Of a DNA stretch of 64,000 nucleotides, positions 19,046-28,302 are shown one piece after another (position 1 is the first letter of the stretch; each line of letters opens with the position of its first letter). The notes below the pieces were generated by a model. The model did not search any database and was not told where the DNA came from. It worked only from the letters and a program-made list of their open reading frames with translations. The position numbers were made by a program, and so were the translations under genes. Source of the DNA: Bacteroidota bacterium (GTDB lineage: Bacteria > Bacteroidota > JABWAT01); assembly GCA_023151185.1 (NCBI GenBank), contig JAKLJL010000010.1, positions 64,001 to 128,000 of the forward strand, given 5' to 3'.

Positions 19046-19591
19046 ATGGCCGTTTTGATTGAAACGCCCCGGTTCAGGTTAAGAGAAATGGAGGCTGGTG
19101 ATCTTGAGATTCTGTTCAGGCTGGATTCTGATCCGGTCGTTCACCGGTATCTCGGTAACCATCCGGTTACCTCCCGTGATGAAATCACCGGAATGATTCT
19201 TTATGTAAGAAAACAGTATGCTGAAAACGGATTTGGCCGGTGGATGGTTGAGGTGAAAGCAACCGGAGAATGTGCCGGATGGGCCGGGTTGAAACGGGTT
19301 CATGACCACGTGAATAACCGGACCGGTTTTGTCGATCTGGGATATCGGCTTCTGCCTGAATTCTGGGGGCAGGGAATTGCCACCGAATGTTCAGCAGCAT
19401 CCCTTGTCTATGGGTTCAACTCCCTTCATCTGACCGAAATCTCGGCTGCTGCCCATGTTCAGAATGATGCGTCAAATCATATTCTCGGGAAACTGGGGTT
19501 TCAAAAAACCGGAACATTTCTGTTTCACGGATCAGAAAATAACTGGTATGATCTTTCAGAAGCAGACTGGCGCCTGAACAGGGCTCCCTGA
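19046..19591 (+). CDS. GNAT N-acetyltransferase (RimJ/RimL-like)
   Basis: ETPRFRLR, DLGYRL, WGQGIATE, NDAS..ILGKLGF. Confidence 0.9.
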   Translation: MAVLIETPRFRLREMEAGDLEILFRLDSDPVVHRYLGNHPVTSRDEITGMILYVRKQYAENGFGRWMVEVKATGECAGWAGLKRVHDHVNNRTGFVDLGYRLLPEFWGQGIATECSAASLVYGFNSLHLTEISAAAHVQNDASNHILGKLGFQKTGTFLFHGSENNWYDLSEADWRLNRAP

Positions 19592-19789
19592 CCGGATGGT
19601 TGGCAGTTTGTTCTCCTTCATTTCGGGTGAATCAGCACACAGCCAATCCAGGCTCCCCGGAACAAAAGGAATCCCGGGCTCCGGTACACATCCTTTATTC
19701 TTTCCCGTTATTCAGTAAAAGAACTCAATTGGTGGTTCCGCAACCTGAAAGAAATTCTGGAGAAATCCGGATAGGCACGTTCAGGTGAA

Positions 19790-20515
19790 TCAGGCCGGTG
19801 GTACCAATGAAACTCTTTTCCCCCAATACCGGCCGTTCGCCATCTGGAAGATTCCGGTTCCGGCGTAAACCAGCCCGGCATAGGCAGGCTGCAGAAGGAA
19901 AAACGAAAAAAAGACTGAAACCAGCCCAAGACCAATCATGATCAGGTGAGAAGACAGCCAGGCTTTGGTAATCAGAATTTCCTTTTCAGTGAGTTCCAGT
20001 TTTTCAGAGAACCGGAGTGCCCGGTATTGCATCAGGGAAAAAATGATAAAGACAAAAATGTATCCCAGCGAGTAAATCGTCATAAGATCTGAGCTTTCAC
20101 CCGGCGAAATCATTGCAATCACCTCACCCGTATCAGTTGTCACTTTCCAGGAGTGGTAAACAAACGTAGCAACCAGGAAATTTGACAGGAACTTTAGCGG
20201 GTAAATGTAAAACAGGATCAGAAAAAGAAGTGTTGCATTCAGGGTTATGGTCAGCGGATCCTGCAGTCCGTACCGCCGAAAGTAGATATAATGACAGTAC
20301 CAGATATACATCAGCAGGGAAAAGCTGAGTGCAAATGCCATGAAGCCCGACATCATCTCCTTCAGGTCGCCGAAAGTCCTCGGGACTTCAAGTGAAACAA
20401 CCAGCAGAGTAATGGAGAAGGCAAAAATTGCATCACTCAACCCCTCGATCCGGTTAACTTCTCCACCCCGCCACCGGAATCCGGCCGGGTCATGTGAAAT
20501 CAGTTTGGACAGCAT
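19790..20515 (-). CDS. TMEM175-family potassium channel
   Basis: RIEGLSDAIFAFSITLLV signature, 6 TM helices. Start moved to the ATG at 20515 (GGAG RBS). Confidence 0.85.
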   Translation of the reverse strand: MLSKLISHDPAGFRWRGGEVNRIEGLSDAIFAFSITLLVVSLEVPRTFGDLKEMMSGFMAFALSFSLLMYIWYCHYIYFRRYGLQDPLTITLNATLLFLILFYIYPLKFLSNFLVATFVYHSWKVTTDTGEVIAMISPGESSDLMTIYSLGYIFVFIIFSLMQYRALRFSEKLELTEKEILITKAWLSSHLIMIGLGLVSVFFSFFLLQPAYAGLVYAGTGIFQMANGRYWGKRVSLVPPA

Positions 20516-20586
20516 GAAATCTCCCGTTTTTCGGGAAATTAGGAATTCCGGCCGTCCGGGACAAGCCTTGAGTGGTTTTAACAAAC

Positions 20587-20617
20587 AAAAAAGCCAGTCG
20601 GCGGGACTGGCTTTTTT
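20587..20617 (-). terminator. intrinsic terminator after the mutase operon (possibly bidirectional)
   Basis: AAAAAAGCCAGTC-GGCGG-GACTGGCTTTTTT. Confidence 0.8.
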
Positions 20618-20633
20618 GAAGAAAAGGTGCTTC

Positions 20634-22814
20634 TCAGGCAAACCGGTGATTGATTTCTTCCATAATTTTCAGGGCTGCAAACGGGATTTTGGTCCCGGGT
20701 CCGAAAATGGCGGTAGCCCCGTGTTCATAGAGAAAATCGTAATCCTGAGCCGGAATTACTCCGCCAACGATTACAATGATATCCTCACGCCCCAGTTTTT
20801 TCAATTCTTCGATCAACTGGGGAAGCAGAGTTTTGTGCCCGGCTGCAAGAGAACTCATCCCGACCACGTGAACATCATTTTCAACTGCCTGGCGGGCGGT
20901 TTCTTCCGGAGTCTGGAATAACGGACCGACGTCGACATCAAATCCCATATCTGCATAGGCGGTAGCAACCACTTTGGCTCCGCGGTCATGTCCGTCCTGA
21001 CCCATTTTGGCTATCATGATTCTGGGACGGCGGCCTTCTTTCGATGCAAATTCATCGGTCAGTTTTCTGACTTCAGCCACATGGTTGTCTTCTTCGCTGG
21101 CATATTCTGAACTGTAAACACCTGAAATGGTTCTCACAACGGCCTGATACCTTCCCCAAACTTTTTCCAGTGAATAGGAGATTTCTCCCAAGGTTGCTCT
21201 GACTCTGGCTGCTTTCACCGAGAGGTCGAGCAGATTTCCTTCACCTGTTTCAGCACACCGGGTCAGGGCTGCGAGTGCCGCCTGAACATCTGCCTCATTC
21301 CGGTTCTTTTTCAGTTCCTGAATCCGCTTAATCTGGCTCAGCCGGACGGCAGTATTGTCAACTTCCAGAATTTCAATGGCAGCTTCTTTTTCCAGGCGGT
21401 ATTTATTTACCCCGACGATGGTTTCTCTGCCTGAATCAATTCTGGCCTGGCGGCGTGCTGCTGCCTCTTCGATCCGCATTTTCGGGATTCCTGCTTCGAT
21501 TGCTTTGGTCATTCCGCCATAGGATTCCACTTCCTGAAGGTGGGCCCAGCCTTTTTCGATCAGTTCCCGGGTGAGGGCTTCAACATAATAACTTCCACCC
21601 CACGGGTCAATCACTTTACAGATATTGGTTTCATCCTGCAGGTACAACTGGGTATTCCGGGCGATCCGCGCAGAGAAATCGGTTGGAAGAGCAATGGCTT
21701 CATCAAGGGAATTCGTATGCAGAGACTGGGTGTGCCCCAGGGCAGCCGCCATGGCTTCAATGCAGGTTCTGGCCACATTGTTGAACGGATCCTGTTCGGT
21801 CAGGGACCAGCCGGAAGTTTGGGAGTGAGTTCTCAGGGCCATGGATTTCGGATTTTTCGGATTGAAATCCTTGACGATTTTTGCCCAGAGAACCCGGGCT
21901 GCCCGCATTTTAGCTACTTCCATGAAGTAATTCAGACCCTGTGCCCAGAAAAAGGACAGGCGGGGAGCAAAGGAATCGACACTCATGCCGGCTTTGATCC
22001 CGGTTCTGATGTATTCCAGACCATCGGCGAGTGTGTAGGCCATTTCCAGATCGGCAGTGGCACCGGCTTCCTGCATGTGGTAACCCGAAATGGAAATCGA
22101 GTTAAACTTCGGCATATTTTCGGATGTGAATCTGAAAATATCCGCAATGGCCTTCATTGAAGGTTCCGGCGGGTAAATGTACGTGTTCCGGACCATATAT
22201 TCTTTCAGGATATCATTCTGAATGGTTCCGGTGAGCAGGTCATGGGCGACACCCTGTTCCTCTGCTGCGACAATGTAAAAGGCCAGAACCGGCAGAACGG
22301 CACCGTTCATGGTCATTGAAACCGACATTTTGTCCAGTGGGATTTTGTCGAACAGGATTTTCATATCCTCAACTGAGTCAATGGCAACACCGGCCTTCCC
22401 GACATCACCCACCACCCGCTGATGGTCAGAATCATAACCACGGTGAGTGGCCAGATCGAAGGCAACCGAAAGGCCCATCTGCCCGGCAGCAAGATTCCGT
22501 CTGTAAAAGGCATTCGATTCTTCTGCCGTCGAAAAACCGGCATACTGGCGAACTGTCCAGGGTTTATTGACATACATGGTGGAATAAGGACCCCTCAGAT
22601 AGGGCGGAATCCCGGCCATGAATCCGATATGATCGGCATTTTTAATGTCCTCGGCTGTATACAAAGGTTTTACAGCAATCTGCTCCATGGTTTCCCAGAT
22701 GAATTCACCGGGTTTTTTCCCGGTTTCTTTCTCGAACCGGGCTGCCCAGACATCGTAACTTTCCGGGTCTGTCTTCAGATTCAGATCCAGTTTAGTAAAA
22801 TCAGGTTTTTTCAT
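20634..22814 (-). CDS. scpA: methylmalonyl-CoA mutase, catalytic large subunit
   Basis: RQYAGF, RIARNTQ, B12-binding DGHDRG and SSLAAGH. Confidence 0.97.
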   Translation of the reverse strand: MKKPDFTKLDLNLKTDPESYDVWAARFEKETGKKPGEFIWETMEQIAVKPLYTAEDIKNADHIGFMAGIPPYLRGPYSTMYVNKPWTVRQYAGFSTAEESNAFYRRNLAAGQMGLSVAFDLATHRGYDSDHQRVVGDVGKAGVAIDSVEDMKILFDKIPLDKMSVSMTMNGAVLPVLAFYIVAAEEQGVAHDLLTGTIQNDILKEYMVRNTYIYPPEPSMKAIADIFRFTSENMPKFNSISISGYHMQEAGATADLEMAYTLADGLEYIRTGIKAGMSVDSFAPRLSFFWAQGLNYFMEVAKMRAARVLWAKIVKDFNPKNPKSMALRTHSQTSGWSLTEQDPFNNVARTCIEAMAAALGHTQSLHTNSLDEAIALPTDFSARIARNTQLYLQDETNICKVIDPWGGSYYVEALTRELIEKGWAHLQEVESYGGMTKAIEAGIPKMRIEEAAARRQARIDSGRETIVGVNKYRLEKEAAIEILEVDNTAVRLSQIKRIQELKKNRNEADVQAALAALTRCAETGEGNLLDLSVKAARVRATLGEISYSLEKVWGRYQAVVRTISGVYSSEYASEEDNHVAEVRKLTDEFASKEGRRPRIMIAKMGQDGHDRGAKVVATAYADMGFDVDVGPLFQTPEETARQAVENDVHVVGMSSLAAGHKTLLPQLIEELKKLGREDIIVIVGGVIPAQDYDFLYEHGATAIFGPGTKIPFAALKIMEEINHRFA

Positions 22815-22852
22815 TTCAGTACTCGTTTAATTTAAAAATCCAGGTTATTCGG

Positions 22853-24985
22853 TCAGAATTTGCTCCAGATACCGGTGAGGGTTTTAATCACATCGGCACC
22901 AAGGAAAATAAATTCGTCCACGCCGGCGGCTTTGTGGGCTTCGACCTGTTCTTTCGGGTATCCGGCCAGAACAACCACAACTCCAGGATTTCCGGATTTG
23001 ATCTCCTTCACAATAACCGGTACAAGTTCCGGATAGGTTTCATCGGTCGAGCAAATGACCACAACCGGAGCCTTCGATTCCAGTGCGCCCTTTGCGGCAA
23101 GTTCGGCAGTTTCAAATCCGGCAGGAGAGAGGACTTCGAATCCACCCGTTTCAAAAAATCCCCGGCTGAAATCAGATCTTCCCTTGTACTGGACAAGCGG
23201 TCCCATGTTGGCCAGAAAAACCTGTGGCAGGTGGCCTTTCTGAGCTTTGTAATTCAGGGCTTTTTTTCTTAGACCCGAAAAGTCGGCGGCAACCGAAAAG
23301 GGTATAAAGGCAGGTACTGTGGGGCCATTTTCTTTTCCGGACCGTAAAATCTGTGTTAATTCACCCAGAGTAGCCCCTTCGAGAGCTGCTTCAATGGCAA
23401 GATCAACTTGTTTTTCTGATTTCTCGGCACCGGCTTTTTCCAGTGTTTCCAAAATACGGATGTGTTTTTCCTGTCCGCCTGAAACCCGGTATTTCTGAAG
23501 GTACTCAGCCCGTTTAGTGAAAATGGCGTCAGCATCAGGAACAACCGGTTTGGGGAGATCCTCCCGGATGTTGGCATAGGCATTAACCCCAACGATAACC
23601 GACTTCCGTTTGGCGATATCGGCCCGGCGGGCATCGGCTGCTTTTCTGACTTCTTCTGCCAGATAGCCGGTTTGCAGAACTGCGGCCATTCCGTCTTTTT
23701 CCTGAATTTGTTTAAAAAGCTCCCAGGACGCTCCCGCCAGGTCGGCGGTCAGTTTTTCAATAAAGTAGGAACCTCCGGCAGGGTCAATCAGACTCGACAG
23801 ATGTGACTCTTCAGCGAGAATTATCTGGGTGTTCCGGGCAATCCGCCGGCTGAACTCATCCGGAACCGACCAGGATTCGTCGAAAGCATGGGTGTGCAGA
23901 CTCCCGACTCCGCCAACAGCTGCAGAAAATGCTTCTGTTGTGGTTCTGAGCAGATTAACGTACGGATCAAAATCTGTCTGGGTCATTGAAGACGTTTTTG
24001 CATGGATGGACATCGGATAGTCGGCCGGATCCAGTCCGTAAGCGGTTAAAATCTGGGTCCAGAGAATCCGTGCCGCACGGAATTTGGCGATTTCCATGAA
24101 GTAATGGGTCCCGATACCGAAAGTAAACCGGATGCAGGGGGCAATGTCAGAAGGGGAAACACCCCGTTCGGTCAGTTCTTCGAGATAGGTGACCAGTGTT
24201 GCCATTGCCGCTGCCAGTTCCTGAACCGCAGTTGCCCCGGCTTCCTGATAAACGGTGGTATCAATCCCAATGGTTTTCAGATTGATCTTGTGGATCCTGA
24301 CCCAGTTGGTTGCCGTTTTCATTTCATTGTAAATCTGATTCAGGGAAACCGGGAGTTGACCTTCTGCTGCGAGATAGCCCAACGGATCCGATTCAACAGA
24401 ACCGGTCAGTCCGGATGTTGCCCGGCCGTCTTTTTTCAAAGAGGCAATCAGAAGGGCAAGAAAAGGGAGTCCTGAATATCCGGCTTTTACAAAAACCGGG
24501 TAAGAATCGAGGGCAATTCCGGAAAAGGCTCTGCTGAGGCTTTGGGTTCCCGAAACGGAAAGCCCGCCAATGCCAACTTCACCGGGTTTTGCAAAATCTG
24601 CATCAACTCCACGGCGGGTTGCCCGGTCCAGAACGACTGAAATGGCGGTTTGGCCCCGGTCCAGATCCCGTTTAAGGATGTCATTGAAGTCTTCTGCAAG
24701 TCCAGCCGGAATGTCCTGACAGATTTTCCAGGGTGTGGCAACCGGTCCCTGGGCCTGACTTCCTCTTGATTGCAATCCACCTCCCGGAAATTCCTTTGCA
24801 ACAGGAAGATCCCGGATGTCTTCGGCCGTGTAGATTGGCTGAAGATCAATGCCTTCATAGGTTTTGGTGATCAGTTTTTTATCGTAAGGGGCACCTTTCA
24901 GATCGGCTTCGGCGACTTTTTTCCAGTCTTCAAACGAAGGGGCGGTAAATTCCGCTTTCAGGTTTAGTTTTTTATCAGCTTGCAC
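22853..24985 (-). CDS. mutA: methylmalonyl-CoA mutase small subunit
   Basis: RIARNTQ, DPAGGSYFIE, CSTDETY; lacks DxHxxG. Probable GTG start at 24985. Confidence 0.9.
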   Translation of the reverse strand: MQADKKLNLKAEFTAPSFEDWKKVAEADLKGAPYDKKLITKTYEGIDLQPIYTAEDIRDLPVAKEFPGGGLQSRGSQAQGPVATPWKICQDIPAGLAEDFNDILKRDLDRGQTAISVVLDRATRRGVDADFAKPGEVGIGGLSVSGTQSLSRAFSGIALDSYPVFVKAGYSGLPFLALLIASLKKDGRATSGLTGSVESDPLGYLAAEGQLPVSLNQIYNEMKTATNWVRIHKINLKTIGIDTTVYQEAGATAVQELAAAMATLVTYLEELTERGVSPSDIAPCIRFTFGIGTHYFMEIAKFRAARILWTQILTAYGLDPADYPMSIHAKTSSMTQTDFDPYVNLLRTTTEAFSAAVGGVGSLHTHAFDESWSVPDEFSRRIARNTQIILAEESHLSSLIDPAGGSYFIEKLTADLAGASWELFKQIQEKDGMAAVLQTGYLAEEVRKAADARRADIAKRKSVIVGVNAYANIREDLPKPVVPDADAIFTKRAEYLQKYRVSGGQEKHIRILETLEKAGAEKSEKQVDLAIEAALEGATLGELTQILRSGKENGPTVPAFIPFSVAADFSGLRKKALNYKAQKGHLPQVFLANMGPLVQYKGRSDFSRGFFETGGFEVLSPAGFETAELAAKGALESKAPVVVICSTDETYPELVPVIVKEIKSGNPGVVVVLAGYPKEQVEAHKAAGVDEFIFLGADVIKTLTGIWSKF

Positions 24986-25265
24986 GTCGGATCCTGTTGT
25001 GATTTTGTTAATTTCACATCGGGCCGGAATGAATATACCACCGGCCACTGTTATTTTTCTGACGGCAATCTAAGGATTTTTTCGGGCAATGACGATCTGA
25101 ACGCCGCACAGAAAGCCCTCAGGAATGCTGATTTAAGCGACATCTAATGAAAACGGATACTCTTGCCTTTTATTGGCCGCCCGTTTTTCATGAAATTGTA
25201 ATGAAGCAGCCGGGCAGGAAGAATTTATCCGGCGGGTTTTATATCTTTAGAAAAAACGGAATTGT

Positions 25266-25712
25266 ATGGCCGCCACTTTAACCCTGGATGAGAAGTTTCT
25301 GAATGACAGTCTGGCCCGGTATATGCCGTCGAATCTGCCACCGGTCTCAGTAAAAATAGAAGAAAAAGCCCTGGTTATCTCTCTGGCCTGGTCGTTTGCC
25401 GGACTGACTTTCAGGCCCTCGGCAGCCCTCCGGATTGTTTCTTTCTACTGGTCGGATTACATTAAAACCATCACCTTTGAAATGATCAAAAGCCGGCCGC
25501 TGGATGCCCGTCCTATGCTGGCGATGGCCAAACCCTTTCTCCCTGACTTTATCCGGACGGAAGATTCGTTTGTAACGGTGGATTTACTGAAAATTCCCAG
25601 TCTGGCTCAGGTTCTGGTACAACCGGCAGTGACTGATCTGGATATTATTAAAATGGGAGTTTATGAGGGATTTCTATCCCTGACTGTCGATTTTAAGCCG
25701 TTTCCTGTCTGA
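25266..25712 (+). CDS. hypothetical protein
   Basis: 148-aa ORF filling the gap between the mutase genes and ygiD; no motif recognised. Confidence 0.6.
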   Translation: MAATLTLDEKFLNDSLARYMPSNLPPVSVKIEEKALVISLAWSFAGLTFRPSAALRIVSFYWSDYIKTITFEMIKSRPLDARPMLAMAKPFLPDFIRTEDSFVTVDLLKIPSLAQVLVQPAVTDLDIIKMGVYEGFLSLTVDFKPFPV

Positions 25713-25715
25713 AAA

Positions 25716-26492
25716 TCAGCCGATTCTGACCGACCGCATGCTGAGTGAGGCATGCTCATATCCTTCCCAGATAAAGGATACCGGATCTTTTGGATGAGAA
25801 CTTCCAAGGATATAAAACAAAGGTATCAGATGATCAGGAGTTGGAACCGACAGGCGGGCATCCTGACCGAGTGACAGATAATTCAGAACAGTCTCATGGT
25901 TTCCTGACCGGAGTCCTTCAGCGATGGCTTCATCAAACCGGACATTCCACCCGGCAGGTTCTGCCCGGGGATTCTGAAAATCTGCAGCCCGCAGATTATG
26001 CACGATATTTCCCGATCCGCAGATCAGCACACCTTCTTCCCGCAGAACGGACAGTTCACGGCCGATCCGGTAATGTCCTTCAGGTGAAAGACCGGCATCA
26101 ATGCTTAGCTGAAAAACCGGGATAGCAGCATCGGGAAACAGGTGGATCAGCACTGACCAGGCGCCGTGATCCAGCCCCATGGCAGGATCGGCCAAAACGG
26201 GAACCGACCGGATGAGGTTTTGAACCCGTTCTGCCGTTTCGGGTGAACCCGGGGCAGGGTAAGTGATTCTGTAAAGCTCTGGCGGAAATCCGTAAAAATC
26301 ATAAATCGTTTCCGGGTGAGTGGCAAAGGAAACACCGGTTCCCCGGGTGTACCAATGCGCCGAAATCATCAGAATCGCCTGAACCCCGGTCAGTTTACTT
26401 CCGGTCCGGCGCAGCATTTCTGACCATGGGCTGGTTCCCAAAGCATTCATTGGGGACCCGTGGGCAAAGAAAAAGGCAGGAAGGCGGTTCAT
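25716..26492 (-). CDS. ygiD: 4,5-DOPA dioxygenase extradiol (LigB family)
   Basis: HGSPMNAL, SAHW, GLDHGAW, GSGNIVHNL, PTPDH. Confidence 0.92.
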   Translation of the reverse strand: MNRLPAFFFAHGSPMNALGTSPWSEMLRRTGSKLTGVQAILMISAHWYTRGTGVSFATHPETIYDFYGFPPELYRITYPAPGSPETAERVQNLIRSVPVLADPAMGLDHGAWSVLIHLFPDAAIPVFQLSIDAGLSPEGHYRIGRELSVLREEGVLICGSGNIVHNLRAADFQNPRAEPAGWNVRFDEAIAEGLRSGNHETVLNYLSLGQDARLSVPTPDHLIPLFYILGSSHPKDPVSFIWEGYEHASLSMRSVRIG

Positions 26493-26944
26493 TCGGCTGA
26501 ACGGAGCTTATCAAGCAAATCACTAAGCTGGGTGGCTTCTGCTTCTGAAAGGGAGGTCATCGGGCTGTGAAATTCGTCTGTCCGTGAATCGATCTGATTT
26601 AAAACTGACAGTCCTTTTTCGGTTATGGAAATGTCCATCTGCCGGCGGCTTTCGGGGCAGACTGCCCGGCCGACAACTTCCTTGGCAACCAACCGGTCGA
26701 TAAGCCTGGAAACGTCAGAGTTTTTATCGAGCATTCTTTCTTTAAGCAGGGTAATGGATGCCGGTTTGGGGTGCTGGCCTCTTAGAATGCGCAGGATATT
26801 GAATTGCTGCAGGGAAAGATCAAACTGTTTAAGAAAGACCGATTGTTTCCCGGCCAGCCAGCTATAAGTAAAAAACAGGTTAACCGCCGCCTTTTGCCGC
26901 TGACTGGTAAATTTCTTCTGGTGAATTTCTTCTTCAATTTTCAT
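26489..26944 (-). CDS. MarR family transcriptional regulator
   Basis: QQFNILRILRG, SDVSRLIDRL, CPESRR. Start at the ATG at 26944. Confidence 0.9.
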   Translation of the reverse strand: MKIEEEIHQKKFTSQRQKAAVNLFFTYSWLAGKQSVFLKQFDLSLQQFNILRILRGQHPKPASITLLKERMLDKNSDVSRLIDRLVAKEVVGRAVCPESRRQMDISITEKGLSVLNQIDSRTDEFHSPMTSLSEAEATQLSDLLDKLRSAE

Positions 26945-27043
26945 TTTTACATCCGGATTAGTGGCCGGAATCTGACCGGCGCCGGAATAAAGATACGACA
27001 TGGCGGAATCTGTTTCAGGTTGGGAGGCAGAATTCAAAAGTAC

Positions 27044-27076
27044 GAATACCGGGGAAAAAGGGTCTCCCCGGTATTC
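27044..27076 (-). terminator. hairpin/terminator after yceI
   Basis: GAATACCGGGGA...TCCCCGGTATTC inverted repeat. Confidence 0.65.
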
Positions 27077-27087
27077 ACAGCAATTCC

Positions 27088-27672
27088 TTATTTCTTTTCT
27101 TTTGCAAACTCGACGTTCAGTTTGATGGTGACTGTCTCACCAACAACAGCTCCGCCGGCTTCCAGGGCTTTGTTCCACTTGAGGTTGTAGTCAAACCGGT
27201 TGATCTCGGTTGTGGCCTTGAATCCGACTTTTACATTTCCCCAGGGATCGGTCATAATACCGCCAAGCTTAGCTTCCAGAACCACTTCACGGGTCACATC
27301 ACGGATGGTCAGATCGCCGGTGATTTTGAAGGTTTTATCGCCGGTTTTCTTGAAGGATTTGCTCTTGAAGGTCATGACCGGGAATTTTTCAGCGTTGAAA
27401 AAGTCATCAGACTGCAGGTGCTTGTCCCGCATTTCATTATCGGTATTGACTGAAGCAGTCTGGATGGTTGCCTCAACATAACTGTCAGAAAAGTCGTCAT
27501 TTTTTGAGACGAGTTTTCCGTCAACTTTGGCAAACCGGCCGTCGACTTCAGAAATAACCAGGTGGGTTACTGTAAAGCCGACGTTGGTGTGACTTGCATC
27601 CATATTCCAGGTGGTTTGAGCCTGGGCAGAGAACAGACCAAGAGTGAGCAGAAGGGTCAGAATTGTTTTCAT
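27088..27672 (-). CDS. YceI family periplasmic lipid/polyisoprenoid-binding protein
   Basis: DASHTNVGFTVTH, RDKHLQSDDFF, GDLTIRDVT, DPWG. Confidence 0.93.
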   Translation of the reverse strand: MKTILTLLLTLGLFSAQAQTTWNMDASHTNVGFTVTHLVISEVDGRFAKVDGKLVSKNDDFSDSYVEATIQTASVNTDNEMRDKHLQSDDFFNAEKFPVMTFKSKSFKKTGDKTFKITGDLTIRDVTREVVLEAKLGGIMTDPWGNVKVGFKATTEINRFDYNLKWNKALEAGGAVVGETVTIKLNVEFAKEKK

Positions 27673-27698
27673 TTTTACTCCTTTTTGTTTTGATGGAG

Positions 27699-27732
27699 CA
27701 AAAGTATGTTATAACAATTAATGTTGCAACAT
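27699..27732 (-). promoter_or_regulatory. yceI promoter with two palindromic operators (probable MarR sites)
   Basis: TGTTATAACA at 27707-27716 and ATGTTGCAACAT at 27721-27732, abutting a minus-strand TACTTTTG at 27699-27706. Confidence 0.6.
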
Positions 27733-27759
27733 ATAAAACAAATTTTCCGGTAAGCCGGG

Positions 27760-28182
27760 TTATTTTGTGCGGTGGATCACATCGGTTGTGGTGTAGGACT
27801 GGTCCGACCGCAGCTTGATTACTGTGGTTACATTTCCCCGGGCATTGAAGTCGCCGATAACTTCCAGGAATCTGGGGTTCAGTTTTTCCCTCAGAACGTC
27901 ATAAATTTCATTGGTGACGGCTTCATGGCTGATGTGACGGTCTCTGAAATTGTTTAACCACAGTTTGAAGGCCTTCAGTTCCACTATCAGTTTGTCGGGA
28001 ATGTAATTCACATAAATCCGGGCAAAATCGGGATAACCCGATCTGGGGCACAGGCAGGTGAATTCGGGATAGTCAATTTCAATGAGGTAGTCCCTGTCCT
28101 GAAATTTATTTTCCCAGATTTCCAGTTCGGCTTCCTGAATTTCTTTTTCGCCGTACATCAGGTCCTTAATAACGGTTTTCAT
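27760..28182 (-). CDS. queF: preQ0 reductase QueF (unimodular type)
   Basis: [15 protein letters not shown], QueF motif [14 protein letters not shown]. Confidence 0.95.
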   Translation of the reverse strand: MKTVIKDLMYGEKEIQEAELEIWENKFQDRDYLIEIDYPEFTCLCPRSGYPDFARIYVNYIPDKLIVELKAFKLWLNNFRDRHISHEAVTNEIYDVLREKLNPRFLEVIGDFNARGNVTTVIKLRSDQSYTTTDVIHRTK

Positions 28183-28260
28183 TTAAATGTCCTTTGGTTC
28201 AGTGTTAAACCTGCAAAATTCGGAGGGAAGGGCAACGAATTCAATTCTCTGCAGGGGAAA

Positions 28261-28290
28261 CGGCTGGAACCTGCTGTCAGGTTCCGGCCG
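28261..28290 (-). terminator. hairpin after tricorn protease
   Basis: CGGCTGGAACCTG-CTGT-CAGGTTCCGGCCG. Confidence 0.55.
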
Positions 28291-28302
28291 GAAAGGAAAA
28301 GT

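Noticed and set aside
20340-24967. Long antisense ORFs over the mutase genes (and similar ones over tricorn, the NHL genes and the amylase)
   Set aside because: These are shadow ORFs opposite well-supported genes, with no motifs.
24986-25265. Cobalamin riboswitch upstream of the mutase genes
   Set aside because: No B12-box or conserved core could be recognised by eye.
28183-28302. preQ1 riboswitch upstream of queF
   Set aside because: No recognisable preQ1 stem with an A-rich tail. The only hairpin is best explained as the tricorn terminator.
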